From: an uncultured virus (IMG/VR IMGVR_UViG_3300008107_000009)
Taxonomy: Duplodnaviria > Heunggongvirae > Uroviricota > Caudoviricetes
Direction: 5' to 3' (one strand)
Virus record (IMG/VR): IMGVR_UViG_3300008107_000009
DNA length: 60,861 bases
The translations under genes and the position numbers were made by a program. The notes below the pieces were generated by a model that ran no database searches, was not told where the DNA came from, and was given only the letters and a program-made list of their open reading frames with translations. Below, one piece after another: positions 17,444 through 26,194 of this stretch (position 1 is its first letter; each line of letters begins with the position of its first letter).

Positions 17444-19087
17444 TTAAAGTTTAAATTCGTCTCCTCCTTCTGTTCCTGCTCCTTCTGTTCCTGCTCCTTC
17501 TTCTGCCGCTGGAGCCGTCTCTGCTGCTTTTTTAGCTTCCTCTTCAGCGGCTTTCTTCTTTTTCTCAGCATCTCTTTCCTTGGCTTTCTCGTTAGCTACC
17601 CTGTCATCGTCAGTCATACCTAAGTACTTGTCGAGCACATATCTTAATGAAAAATAAGGTTTACCTTCAGAATCAGTCAATCCTGAAATTTTTGTTACCT
17701 GATCTTTTCTAGCATTTAGAATCTCCATGTATCTTATTTCAGCAAAAGAATTATCTTTCACATAATCCAAACCAAATTGGCTCTTAACCATAAAATCCTT
17801 CTTATGCTCCGGATAATCCAAACAAAATTGGATCCAAAGGGGTTTTACAAGAATGTCCTGGAAGATAGATCTTAATCTGGTTATAAATTTAAAGAATCTT
17901 ATTTCTTCTTGATCCAATCCTTCTGCGTTACCACTAAAAGTTCCTTGTGTTCCTCTATCTTCACGATCAAATCTCGAATATGGAATTTTAGAATCAAGTT
18001 TTAATTTATCAGCAAAATAAGCTAAAGCTTTAAGATCGCTAAAAGGTGTTGCGTCCCCGGATCCTGCTAATGGAGCAATGTCTGGTGTTCCGTTCGGGGT
18101 TGAAGGCATTAAATAATTCTTGAAGAACTGAATGTTAGGTCTACCGTTTACGAAAAGTTCACCAGAATCCGAATCTAATCTGATATCTTCTTTATAGATA
18201 CTCATTAATTCTGCAAGACTTTGCTTGGCCTTTTGTGGTGATTTAGTTCCGATCGGAACTGTCATGGTCATTCTATAGGAAGAATTCATTACATTCCAGA
18301 TCACCCTGGTGTGTTCCATGATTCTCAAAAGATTAAACGATCTAATTAATCTTTCGATATAGCTTACCCTCGTCATTGTATTTCCCTTTGCATAGGAAAT
18401 ATAAATGATCTGAGAATCATATAATTTTCTGGTTAGAGCAGGGTTATCTGGATATTGTATCCAGCACTCAACAAAAGATCCATCCATCTGTTTTTCGACA
18501 GACGGAAGAAGAGATGCTGGGTCTAATTCCTTAAACCCAATAATATTTTTTCCCTTTGTGTCAAAAATAATTTCAAATGCCAGAATACCATCAATGAGGA
18601 AGTTTCTAAAAAAATGCCATCCTGAAATGTCCTGATTAAATCCAAATAAATTATAGATCTCTTTATACCTTTCTTGAATTTTAGCTTCTTTTTTCTCCCC
18701 AATCCCATGAATGTCTGTACTAACAAAATAGGAGAAAAAGTTTTTATCATCATAAACTATCGCTTCGTCACAAACTGTATCGAGAATAAATTCAATTTCG
18801 GGGTTAAGAGCAAAATTTCTTAAATAGGTCTTTTTGTTCTTGTAATCTTTATCGAAATAAGCAATATACTGTTTCGCAGTAGTGTCAGCTTTTCTGAGGG
18901 TATAAAGGAAATTTTCGTCCAGAATTCCACCCTTTTGCGTGAAAATCGCTTCAGTAGTACCAACGGCCTGGGAGTTTTTAACAACCATATCCCCATAGCT
19001 CATCCCAAATGACCCTATTTTTCTAAGAGCACTTAGAACGTTGCTAAAAAATGGATTATTTCTGTTGTTTTCTAAAAATCCTGCCAT
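17444..19087 (-). CDS. Portal vertex protein (T4 gp20-like), paralog A
   Basis: PEIEFILDTVCDEAIVYD, FRNFLIDG, ELDP, SYIERLIRSFNLLRIME, KIPYSRF, EEIRFFKFITRLR and DNSFAE. Confidence 0.9.
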   Translation of the reverse strand: MAGFLENNRNNPFFSNVLSALRKIGSFGMSYGDMVVKNSQAVGTTEAIFTQKGGILDENFLYTLRKADTTAKQYIAYFDKDYKNKKTYLRNFALNPEIEFILDTVCDEAIVYDDKNFFSYFVSTDIHGIGEKKEAKIQERYKEIYNLFGFNQDISGWHFFRNFLIDGILAFEIIFDTKGKNIIGFKELDPASLLPSVEKQMDGSFVECWIQYPDNPALTRKLYDSQIIYISYAKGNTMTRVSYIERLIRSFNLLRIMEHTRVIWNVMNSSYRMTMTVPIGTKSPQKAKQSLAELMSIYKEDIRLDSDSGELFVNGRPNIQFFKNYLMPSTPNGTPDIAPLAGSGDATPFSDLKALAYFADKLKLDSKIPYSRFDREDRGTQGTFSGNAEGLDQEEIRFFKFITRLRSIFQDILVKPLWIQFCLDYPEHKKDFMVKSQFGLDYVKDNSFAEIRYMEILNARKDQVTKISGLTDSEGKPYFSLRYVLDKYLGMTDDDRVANEKAKERDAEKKKKAAEEEAKKAAETAPAAEEGAGTEGAGTEGGDEFKL

Positions 19088-19659
19088 TATCCGAATTTAT
19101 TGTATATATCATTCAAAATAGCCCCCTCTAAAGACTTAGTATCTAGATACACTAAATACTTCCATTCATCGCTTGGTATTTCGGAAAGACCCTTTATCTT
19201 TTCCAACTTGTAACCACGGTATGCATGATTATACTTAACTCCTCCCATTAAAGTTTCTAAAATCTCAGAATCGAATCTGAGAGGCATTTGGGATGAAATC
19301 TCTCTCTTTTCATTTTGCTCCATGATTTTACCAAATATAGTATAGAGCCTAATAAAAAAATTAGTTCGGTCTCTTGGTGTTAATAGGACCAAATCTACTC
19401 CTTTAATAATGGATCTTTCTGGGCTAATCTCAGATCCTTCATAAAATATGACGGGTCTTTTATTAACAAATTCCTGGTCCTTTCTCTTTGGGGAATCGTA
19501 GTAAAAAGTAAATATTTTCCCCTGAATTAAATTCTTTATAGATTCAGATTTTTTTAAAACTGAATAATTATTGGTATAATGTAAAAAACTCTCCTCTGTC
19601 AATTTTCCAGGAGATCCAGCCTTTTCTATTGCCTCTCTAATTTCCCTTTTAAAATCCAT
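19087..19659 (-). CDS. DNA end-protector protein (T4 gp2-like)
   Basis: GKIFTFYYDSP.K....F...P.I pattern and AYRGYK...I.....I...EW; adjacent to the gp4-like gene. Confidence 0.65.
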   Translation of the reverse strand: MDFKREIREAIEKAGSPGKLTEESFLHYTNNYSVLKKSESIKNLIQGKIFTFYYDSPKRKDQEFVNKRPVIFYEGSEISPERSIIKGVDLVLLTPRDRTNFFIRLYTIFGKIMEQNEKREISSQMPLRFDSEILETLMGGVKYNHAYRGYKLEKIKGLSEIPSDEWKYLVYLDTKSLEGAILNDIYNKFG

Positions 19660-20153
19660 TATCTAAAGATAAAATTTTCATCAACGGCACCAAATCTATA
19701 GCCATTGTGCTTAGCAAAACGAGTCGCAGCATCAAATTTAGCTCTGTTAACAATCCATATTTCCATGGCTTGATTATAAGATCTAACCTTCTTCTCAGTT
19801 AAGTTTCCGGAGATTGTTGGTTTTTTTTCCAATTTGTACTGAGCAGATGGCTTAATTTCAAGAATCCAGTCCTCTGTTGATCCGTCAGCTTTTTTTACCT
19901 TTATATAATAATCGGGATGATATGTGTGTGTTTTTTTATCGATGGGATTCCAATATTCTATTTGAACAGCTTCTGATGCCCATTTTAAAATATTTGGATT
20001 TTGGTCACAGTATTGACAAAATCTTCCTTCCCAAGAGGATCTATAAATTATATCATGAATATCCCCAATATACTTTTCCGGATTAGTTGGTACAAACTTT
20101 CCTGATTTAAATTTACCATTGGGCTTAATATTTTTGATATTAATTTTAGACAT
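19659..20153 (-). CDS. Head completion nuclease (T4 gp4 / TnsA-like)
   Basis: GKFVPTNPEKYIGD, IIYRSSWE, WASE, YHPDY, EIKP and NRAKFDAA. Start taken at ATG 20153. Confidence 0.9.
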   Translation of the reverse strand: MSKINIKNIKPNGKFKSGKFVPTNPEKYIGDIHDIIYRSSWEGRFCQYCDQNPNILKWASEAVQIEYWNPIDKKTHTYHPDYYIKVKKADGSTEDWILEIKPSAQYKLEKKPTISGNLTEKKVRSYNQAMEIWIVNRAKFDAATRFAKHNGYRFGAVDENFIFR

Positions 20154-20502
20154 TGAAGTTCTGATTATCATCTCTAGTTAACCTAGAAAAAGATATTGTT
20201 TTTATAGATCTTGTAGAATGTATTTTTTTCCATCCTTTTTGCATACCATTTTTAGCTATCTGTGAGATAAATGCGAACGGGTTGTCTGATTTATTGGGAT
20301 CGAATCTGTCCCAATATTTAATTAGATCCTCCATTCCGAAAGCAATACAATCCTCTTTATCTTCGATATCTCGATAAGATTTAGTTTTAGAAAGACCATT
20401 AACAATAAGTGTAAACATCTTTACCGTTTCTGCTGTCAATCTTCCTTTTTCTTTGGATTCTAGCAATGCCCTTTTAAGCTCTTTGTTTTTAACATACTCC
20501 AT
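20146..20502 (-). CDS. Late-transcription sigma factor (T4 gp55-like), short form
   Basis: YVKNKEL and DCIAFGMEDLIKYWDRFDPNKSDNPFAFISQIAKN. Confidence 0.8.
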   Translation of the reverse strand: MEYVKNKELKRALLESKEKGRLTAETVKMFTLIVNGLSKTKSYRDIEDKEDCIAFGMEDLIKYWDRFDPNKSDNPFAFISQIAKNGMQKGWKKIHSTRSIKTISFSRLTRDDNQNFNV

Positions 20503-20744
20503 TAGTTTTGTGGGAAATTATTTTCTAGTTTGCCTATCTGGCCTTCAACATCTTTTTTTAGGGCTTCTAGGTTTTTTATTGAGTCTTCAATAGTACTCAA
20601 TCCTATCTTACTACTAGCATGACTAGTTGTTTCCAATTCTTTTAATTTACCTAAAATGTCTTGTAGGTCTTCCTGGAAAAGAAAAAGTTCGTTTCCGATA
20701 CCCTCAGAAACGAACTTTTCGTAATTTTCAGAAATACTATTTAC
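20502..20744 (-). CDS. 80-codon -1-frame extension of the upstream 758-aa gene (no ATG of its own)
   Basis: The open frame VNSISENYEKFVSEGIGNEL...GKLENNFPQN* begins at the A AAA AAG slip site and ends in a TAATG overlap with the gp55-like start. Confidence 0.75.
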   Translation of the reverse strand, partial: VNSISENYEKFVSEGIGNELFLFQEDLQDILGKLKELETTSHASSKIGLSTIEDSIKNLEALKKDVEGQIGKLENNFPQN

Positions 20745-20753
20745 TTTTTTTTT
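20670..20753 (-). promoter_or_regulatory. Candidate -1 programmed ribosomal frameshift signal (slippery A AAA AAG plus downstream stem-loop)
   Basis: mRNA reads UCA AAA AAA AAG UAA. A perfect 13-bp inverted repeat sits at 20683-20695 / 20707-20719 and can be extended to start about 9 nt after the slip site. Confidence 0.7.
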
Positions 20754-23017
20754 GAAGCAGGTGCTTTTGCAAGGGTTGCTCTGTTAAGAGGTTCATGATC
20801 TTTCTTGCCATTTTTCTTGTGATTACCTGGTGCTTCTGCTAATTCAGCATCATCTAAATCTTCTACGAATTTTTTAGGTTTTTCAGATTTTCCTTTAGGT
20901 GCTTTTTCAACATGCGAATTCTTTTGTGATTCAGAAAGTTTGTGATTTTTCAAATTGTCAATAAATTTAGGAGCTGCGCCTGCACTTGTGCCAGGAGCTT
21001 CTGCCAGGTTCATATTACCTTCTTTATCGATGAATTTTTTATCTTTTCCAGATTTTCCCTCTGGAGCGGAAGCTAATTCATGATTTCCAGTTACTCCTCT
21101 AGGATCTTTAGCAGATTTAGCTTGCTTATTAGGGGCTTCAGATAGGTTATGATTTCCTAAATTATCAATATCTTTAGCAGATCCCCCAGCAGATTTAGAA
21201 GGTGCCTCAGCTAAATTCATATCAGCATCTAGGCCTTCGTTTGCTTCTGATCCTTCTATTTCTATGTTTTCGATTGATTCTTCGCCTAGATCATTTACTG
21301 GTTTAAGTTCAATGTTTTCAATTTCGTCTGAAATATCAACTACATCATTAAAGAAGTATTCTCCCGTTCTACCGTTTTCAAACATAACAGTGTATGTTTT
21401 AGAATTACCGTTAACCCCTACAACCTTACCTTTTTCTCCGTTTCTTCTGATCTTAACGTCTGTGTTTATTTGATATCCGTCACTTTCGTTAACTGAAGAA
21501 ACCTTTTTAGCATACTTTTCAAATCTCTCGATTTCAACATTGATTTGGTTCCATTTATCTTTTAGAGATTCAGATTCTTTTTGAAGCATTGCTTGAGCTT
21601 CTTTAATCTCTTGAGATCCAGTAAGAGATGGATTATCCTGAATTGCTTTTGCAATTTTTGCCATTTCACTTTCAACAATAGACATGTTGTTCTTAATAGC
21701 TTGCTTATCGTTTCTCATGATAGCTAAAGCTCTATCTTCGTTTTCTAGAATATCTGACATTGATTCAGAAATATCAAATCCTAAAAATTCTTTAACTATA
21801 TTAACTGCCTGTGTTCCGTTACCCTCGAATAAATCATTCTTCTTCATAGCTGGGTTAACTTTGTGAACATAAACTTTTTGTCCGAATCTAAATACGTTAG
21901 CTTCTACCCCTTCGTATATTTTAGAAACGATTTTTTTACCAAAATCAATTTCAGAAAGGAAATTAGCAGCTTTTACTACTTCAGTAGCTTGTTCTACTAT
22001 ACTTGCAGAAGATTGGAACGAATTTCTCAATTCCATAGAAAGGATAAATCCTAATCTGTCTTCTGGAATTCTTTTTCCGTTAAGGAATACTGCCTTTGTT
22101 TCGGTGTCACTTTCAAAAACTACAGAAAGCTTATTTTTCCCGATGAACATATCTAAACCATTCTCGTTAATTCTTACAGCAGGATTGCTAAGTGATAAAG
22201 CTGCTTTTAAGAATTTTCCAGGGAGTTTAGAAGCTTCTGCTCTTTCCATAACAGATACGCCTCTTTGAGTTGCCTTGAAGAATCTATCTGAAGTAACAAA
22301 AACCGAATGGTTCTCAAAAACTAAACTTGGCGCTATGATAGATTTTACCTCGCAATTTTCAGAATTAACATTGATAGAGAATTTACCATTGCTTCCCTCA
22401 AGCTGTGTAAACTTCTCAACCAAGCTTCTAACTGTTGGATTGAAGGACCATTTTTTAAGGTCATTAACCAGTTTCTCAGAAACCCTGTTCTCTGTGTCTA
22501 ACCAAGTTCTCATTGATTCAACAATAGAAGAGAAAAGGTCTCTGCCTCCTGATCTATTAATATCTTCGATTGCCTTAGCAACTTCGATTTCTTTTCTGTT
22601 TTTTTCGTAAATCTTCTTTAGATTAACTAAAGAGCTTTTAGCGTGTTTTTCCCAGCTAAAATTTTCCAATTCTGAAATCATAGATTCAATTAAGAAAGCT
22701 TCAGAAACTCCTTTAATTGATGCATGATGAATGTATTTTTCAACCAAAATCTTAGCTTCATGTAATTCAACGAAAGATGTATTATTCAAAGCCATTGCAG
22801 TTTCTAAAACACCAACAGAGAAAGTTGGTTTAGATATCTTAGTTCCTTGAGCAGATGCTTGAGCAATCTCTTTTTGTAGACCATCAACGTAGGATCCAGC
22901 TGTGCCTGGTCCAAATGCCTTGGTTCCTGCCCAACTTTCATTTAAACTGTTTGCAGCAGCCTTAGCCTTTTCCATTTTAATTTGGTCTAGATTATTGTCA
23001 AAGTTAATTCTATCCAT
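20741..23017 (-). CDS. Probable prohead core or internal head protein with coiled coil, SH3-like domain and C-terminal LAEAP repeats
   Basis: 758 aa with about 7 repeats of roughly 23 aa carrying L-A/S-E/K/S-A-P, plus LNES, VNES and LSES sites. GATATATA motifs lie upstream at 23040-23047 and 23101-23108. Confidence 0.55.
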   Translation of the reverse strand: MDRINFDNNLDQIKMEKAKAAANSLNESWAGTKAFGPGTAGSYVDGLQKEIAQASAQGTKISKPTFSVGVLETAMALNNTSFVELHEAKILVEKYIHHASIKGVSEAFLIESMISELENFSWEKHAKSSLVNLKKIYEKNRKEIEVAKAIEDINRSGGRDLFSSIVESMRTWLDTENRVSEKLVNDLKKWSFNPTVRSLVEKFTQLEGSNGKFSINVNSENCEVKSIIAPSLVFENHSVFVTSDRFFKATQRGVSVMERAEASKLPGKFLKAALSLSNPAVRINENGLDMFIGKNKLSVVFESDTETKAVFLNGKRIPEDRLGFILSMELRNSFQSSASIVEQATEVVKAANFLSEIDFGKKIVSKIYEGVEANVFRFGQKVYVHKVNPAMKKNDLFEGNGTQAVNIVKEFLGFDISESMSDILENEDRALAIMRNDKQAIKNNMSIVESEMAKIAKAIQDNPSLTGSQEIKEAQAMLQKESESLKDKWNQINVEIERFEKYAKKVSSVNESDGYQINTDVKIRRNGEKGKVVGVNGNSKTYTVMFENGRTGEYFFNDVVDISDEIENIELKPVNDLGEESIENIEIEGSEANEGLDADMNLAEAPSKSAGGSAKDIDNLGNHNLSEAPNKQAKSAKDPRGVTGNHELASAPEGKSGKDKKFIDKEGNMNLAEAPGTSAGAAPKFIDNLKNHKLSESQKNSHVEKAPKGKSEKPKKFVEDLDDAELAEAPGNHKKNGKKDHEPLNRATLAKAPASKKK

Positions 23018-23152
23018 TTTGAGGGATTTATTTTTATTCTATATATCTACGATTTAAAACCATTCTTTAAGCTTTTAGTCTTTAAAGTCAGCATATTCAT
23101 TATATATCGAAAATTTTAGAAGGTATTCAATCAATTATTGATACTTCCTAAT

Positions 23153-23290
23153 TTACATTTTCTGGACAATAGTATAATCGACGATATTACCAAAATTTAT
23201 CATCCATGACATAGCTTCTTCCTGTGTTAAATTATCAAGTTCAGGAGAAACTGGTGATTTTAAATCAGTTACGTAAGCTATATAGTACAT
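23153..23290 (-). CDS. Small hypothetical protein (45 aa)
   Basis: Below the ORF-track cutoff. MYYIAYVTDLKSPVSPELDNLTQEEAMSWMINFGNIVDYTIVQKM starts 1 nt after the upstream stop. Confidence 0.6.
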   Translation of the reverse strand: MYYIAYVTDLKSPVSPELDNLTQEEAMSWMINFGNIVDYTIVQKM

Positions 23291-23291
23291 A

Positions 23292-24422
23292 TTAAAAGAA
23301 TATTAGTGTTATAGTTTGTGAAGCTTGATTGACAGTAGATCCTGTTCCTATACCACCCCAGTTTAAGTTATTGATCATCGGTCTAAGTGCAACTGTACTA
23401 GAGCCTGAACAACTTCCTATATTAGAAAATTCAACAGCTGTACCGCCTATCTTAGGTGTGCCACATCCTACTCCGACTAACCATAAGGTAGATCCGATGG
23501 TAACGCTCCCCGATGTTCCAGTTCTTAGATTATTTGCAAGTGTTTGTACTTTAGTAGGATCTGTAACTGTAATCGAAGTACCGTTCGTGCTAGACATAGT
23601 AAATGTTGTATATGATCCGGTTAAAGAAGCCCTAAAGGTATTCCATGCAGTTTCTACTGTTGTCGTGGGGGCTACTCCTTGTACGAATGCTTGAGAAAAT
23701 GTTACAGATATAAGTTTAATAACAACTATTCCAGATCCTCCTTTACCACCACCTACTGAGTTACTAGATGCAGCGCCACCAGCTTGCCCACCATTACCTG
23801 TGTTGGTCGATCCGGATGCACCACCATTTTGAGTGCCAGCATTTCCTCCTGCACCACCTACACCATAAATAACCTCTGAACCACTGAGAGAAGAACTGAT
23901 TCCTGAACCACCCGCTCCACCTGTTGCTACTGAGTTGGCAGAACCAGCTCCCCCTGCTCCTCCACCTCCCTTTCCACCGTTACCTCCACCTGAACCACTA
24001 CCACCTGTAGCGGAAGAAGTATTACTGATCTGCGCAACCCCGGCTACACCTCCAGTTCTTGATCCTAAGCCATTACCCCCGCCAAGGGCTGTTATTGAGC
24101 TAAATACGCTATTATCTCCCGGAAGGCCTGCATTATTGGCTCTAGCATTAGCTCCACCAAGACCGCCGTCGCCTACTGTTACCACATATGAAGCTCCAGG
24201 TACTACCGATAGGGTTCCTGTTAATACCATACCTCCTCCACCTCCTCCACCACCAGCATTATCATAGCCGTTACCGCCACCTCCACCACCGCCGACTACT
24301 AAATATTCGACAGAATTAACGTTAGCCGGTGCAGTCCATGTGGTAGTGCCAACTGTAGTAAAAATCTCAAGAAAAGATGCTGATGCTGGCATTTTCTTAA
24401 AAGAAAACGGAAATACTATCAT
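23292..24422 (-). CDS. Glycine-rich fibre tip / receptor-binding-like protein
   Basis: TTTWTAPANVNSVEYLVVGGGGGGG...GGKGGSGIVVIK glycine-rich domain followed by a small beta domain. TAATG-coupled to the fibre gene. Confidence 0.7.
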   Translation of the reverse strand: MIVFPFSFKKMPASASFLEIFTTVGTTTWTAPANVNSVEYLVVGGGGGGGNGYDNAGGGGGGGGMVLTGTLSVVPGASYVVTVGDGGLGGANARANNAGLPGDNSVFSSITALGGGNGLGSRTGGVAGVAQISNTSSATGGSGSGGGNGGKGGGGAGGAGSANSVATGGAGGSGISSSLSGSEVIYGVGGAGGNAGTQNGGASGSTNTGNGGQAGGAASSNSVGGGKGGSGIVVIKLISVTFSQAFVQGVAPTTTVETAWNTFRASLTGSYTTFTMSSTNGTSITVTDPTKVQTLANNLRTGTSGSVTIGSTLWLVGVGCGTPKIGGTAVEFSNIGSCSGSSTVALRPMINNLNWGGIGTGSTVNQASQTITLIFF

Positions 24423-26194
24423 TATATGAAGTTTTGTATATAGGAACCAAAATACTTGCTACCATCAAAAATGAAAGTGAAAACATCATATCGGCTAGCA
24501 GTCGAGGTCATCGTTGGAGTAGCTGCGCCTGTCCATGCAACTGTTCCAGGCCATGTTATAACTTGAGAACCTGATGCATTTTGTCTTATTATTAAAATAT
24601 ATGTAGCACCTGCTTGACCGTTACTAAATGTAAATGTAGTTGTTGCTGCATTTAGAGTAAAAGTTTGAACATTACTATCGTTCCAGTTTACCGTGGTTGA
24701 TGAAGTAGTATTACCATTAGCATCTGCGCTAACCCAAGCTTGTCCAGATGTTACATTTAAGTTACCTGAATATGGTGAGCTGAAAGAAGTACCAGATGTT
24801 CCGTTGCTTGAAGTCCCTGATGTCCCCGCAGCACCAGATTGCCCCGAAGATCCTGATGTTCCTGTAGATCCAGAGCTTCCTGAAGTACCGGTTGATCCAG
24901 ATGTTCCAGTTTCACCTGATGTTCCTGATGTTCCATTTCCGGATGTACCTGAAGTACCAGATTGTCCTGATGTTCCAGCTAACCCAGAAGTTCCTGATGA
25001 GCCTTTGTCAGCAACTAAACCCCATCTTACTGGATCGTCTGGAGGAGCACTGCCAGAGTTACCGTCCCCGATTTTTATGTATGAACCTCCGGTATATGAA
25101 ACTACGTCTTGGCCACCTACATAAACTGTTGGAATTGGTTGCCACTCCCCTCTCCAAACAAATCCAGCTCCTGAAGTACCGGATGTTCCATTTCCGGATG
25201 TACCGGAAGTACCAGAAGTACCAGTTGATCCAGAAGAACCGGATGTTCCATTTTCTCCAGATGTCCCAGAAGAACCAGATTCTCCGGTTTCTCCAGATGT
25301 ACCGGATGTTCCTGATGTCCCAGAAGAACCAGATGCTCCGGTTTCTCCAGATGTACCGGATGTTCCTGATGTTCCAGAACTTCCTGAGGAACCTGGTGCT
25401 CCCGCTGGTCCCTGAGCACCTTCTGCACCCGAAGTTCTCCATTTAATTTTTCCCTGAAGACCCCCACTAGTTGAAGGATCCCATACTAAAAATCTTGTTT
25501 GTGATGGGTCTAATTCTAGACTTTCTAAATAGACACCATTATCTGCTATTAAAGCTTGCTGGACGTGGAATCCTTGAGAATCTATATGAGCTATATTGTT
25601 ACCCCCGATGACAAATTGTTGCTGATAATCGTGTGGTATCCTATTCTCAATTATCCCAGTATAAGGTTGTCCAAAAATTGGACCTCGAACCACTATGCCC
25701 GCGGTTCCCGCAGTTCCGTCATTGTGATAAATTATCCGATAGATTGGATCTCCCCCAGAGCTATATTCTAATGGATCTATCGAGAGTGTTGCTCCATCAA
25801 AAGTAAGATTGGCATCACCAGTAACTCCAGTACCCGACCCGTTATATCTGAGAACTGAATATGGATTACCTGAATCTAATACCGAGGGGGTAGTACCCGA
25901 AGTTCCTGCAGTTCCCGATCCTCCTGAAGTTCCTGATGTTGCAGATCCTGCAGTTCCACTACTTCCGCTACTTCCATCATCCCCGGGATCACCTGTTAAT
26001 GTTACTTCCCAGGTGCTAAAACTCCCCGACCCCCTAACTACTAATGGGGTAAAAGTTAATTGGCCTGTTGAAGAATTATAGCTAACAACTCTACCGATGA
26101 TGTAATTATCGGAATCATGGGTTACTTGTATAAAGTCATACTGTCTGAATGAAAGCCCCGAATTTGTCGTTATAGTTATATTTGAGTATGGCAT
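24422..26194 (-). CDS. Tail fibre with GTS/GSS collagen-like repeats
   Basis: Repeat tracts, a WRGEW...Y...DVVSY module and a C-terminal TVNWNDSNVQTFTL...LIIRQNASGS...WP...W...PT.T...YDVFTF domain. Confidence 0.85.
   Translation of the reverse strand: MPYSNITITTNSGLSFRQYDFIQVTHDSDNYIIGRVVSYNSSTGQLTFTPLVVRGSGSFSTWEVTLTGDPGDDGSSGSSGTAGSATSGTSGGSGTAGTSGTTPSVLDSGNPYSVLRYNGSGTGVTGDANLTFDGATLSIDPLEYSSGGDPIYRIIYHNDGTAGTAGIVVRGPIFGQPYTGIIENRIPHDYQQQFVIGGNNIAHIDSQGFHVQQALIADNGVYLESLELDPSQTRFLVWDPSTSGGLQGKIKWRTSGAEGAQGPAGAPGSSGSSGTSGTSGTSGETGASGSSGTSGTSGTSGETGESGSSGTSGENGTSGSSGSTGTSGTSGTSGNGTSGTSGAGFVWRGEWQPIPTVYVGGQDVVSYTGGSYIKIGDGNSGSAPPDDPVRWGLVADKGSSGTSGLAGTSGQSGTSGTSGNGTSGTSGETGTSGSTGTSGSSGSTGTSGSSGQSGAAGTSGTSSNGTSGTSFSSPYSGNLNVTSGQAWVSADANGNTTSSTTVNWNDSNVQTFTLNAATTTFTFSNGQAGATYILIIRQNASGSQVITWPGTVAWTGAATPTMTSTASRYDVFTFIFDGSKYFGSYIQNFI

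Noticed and set aside
19659..20153. TnsA-like nuclease as a sign of a transposon
   Set aside because: Motifs and context (between the gp55-like, gp2-like and portal genes) match head completion protein gp4. No TnsB/TnsC genes or terminal repeats are present.
23018..23152. Possible tRNA or other RNA gene in the larger intergenic gaps
   Set aside because: The gap is AT-rich with two late-promoter motifs only. No cloverleaf or T-loop GTTCRA in a tRNA context was seen here or elsewhere.
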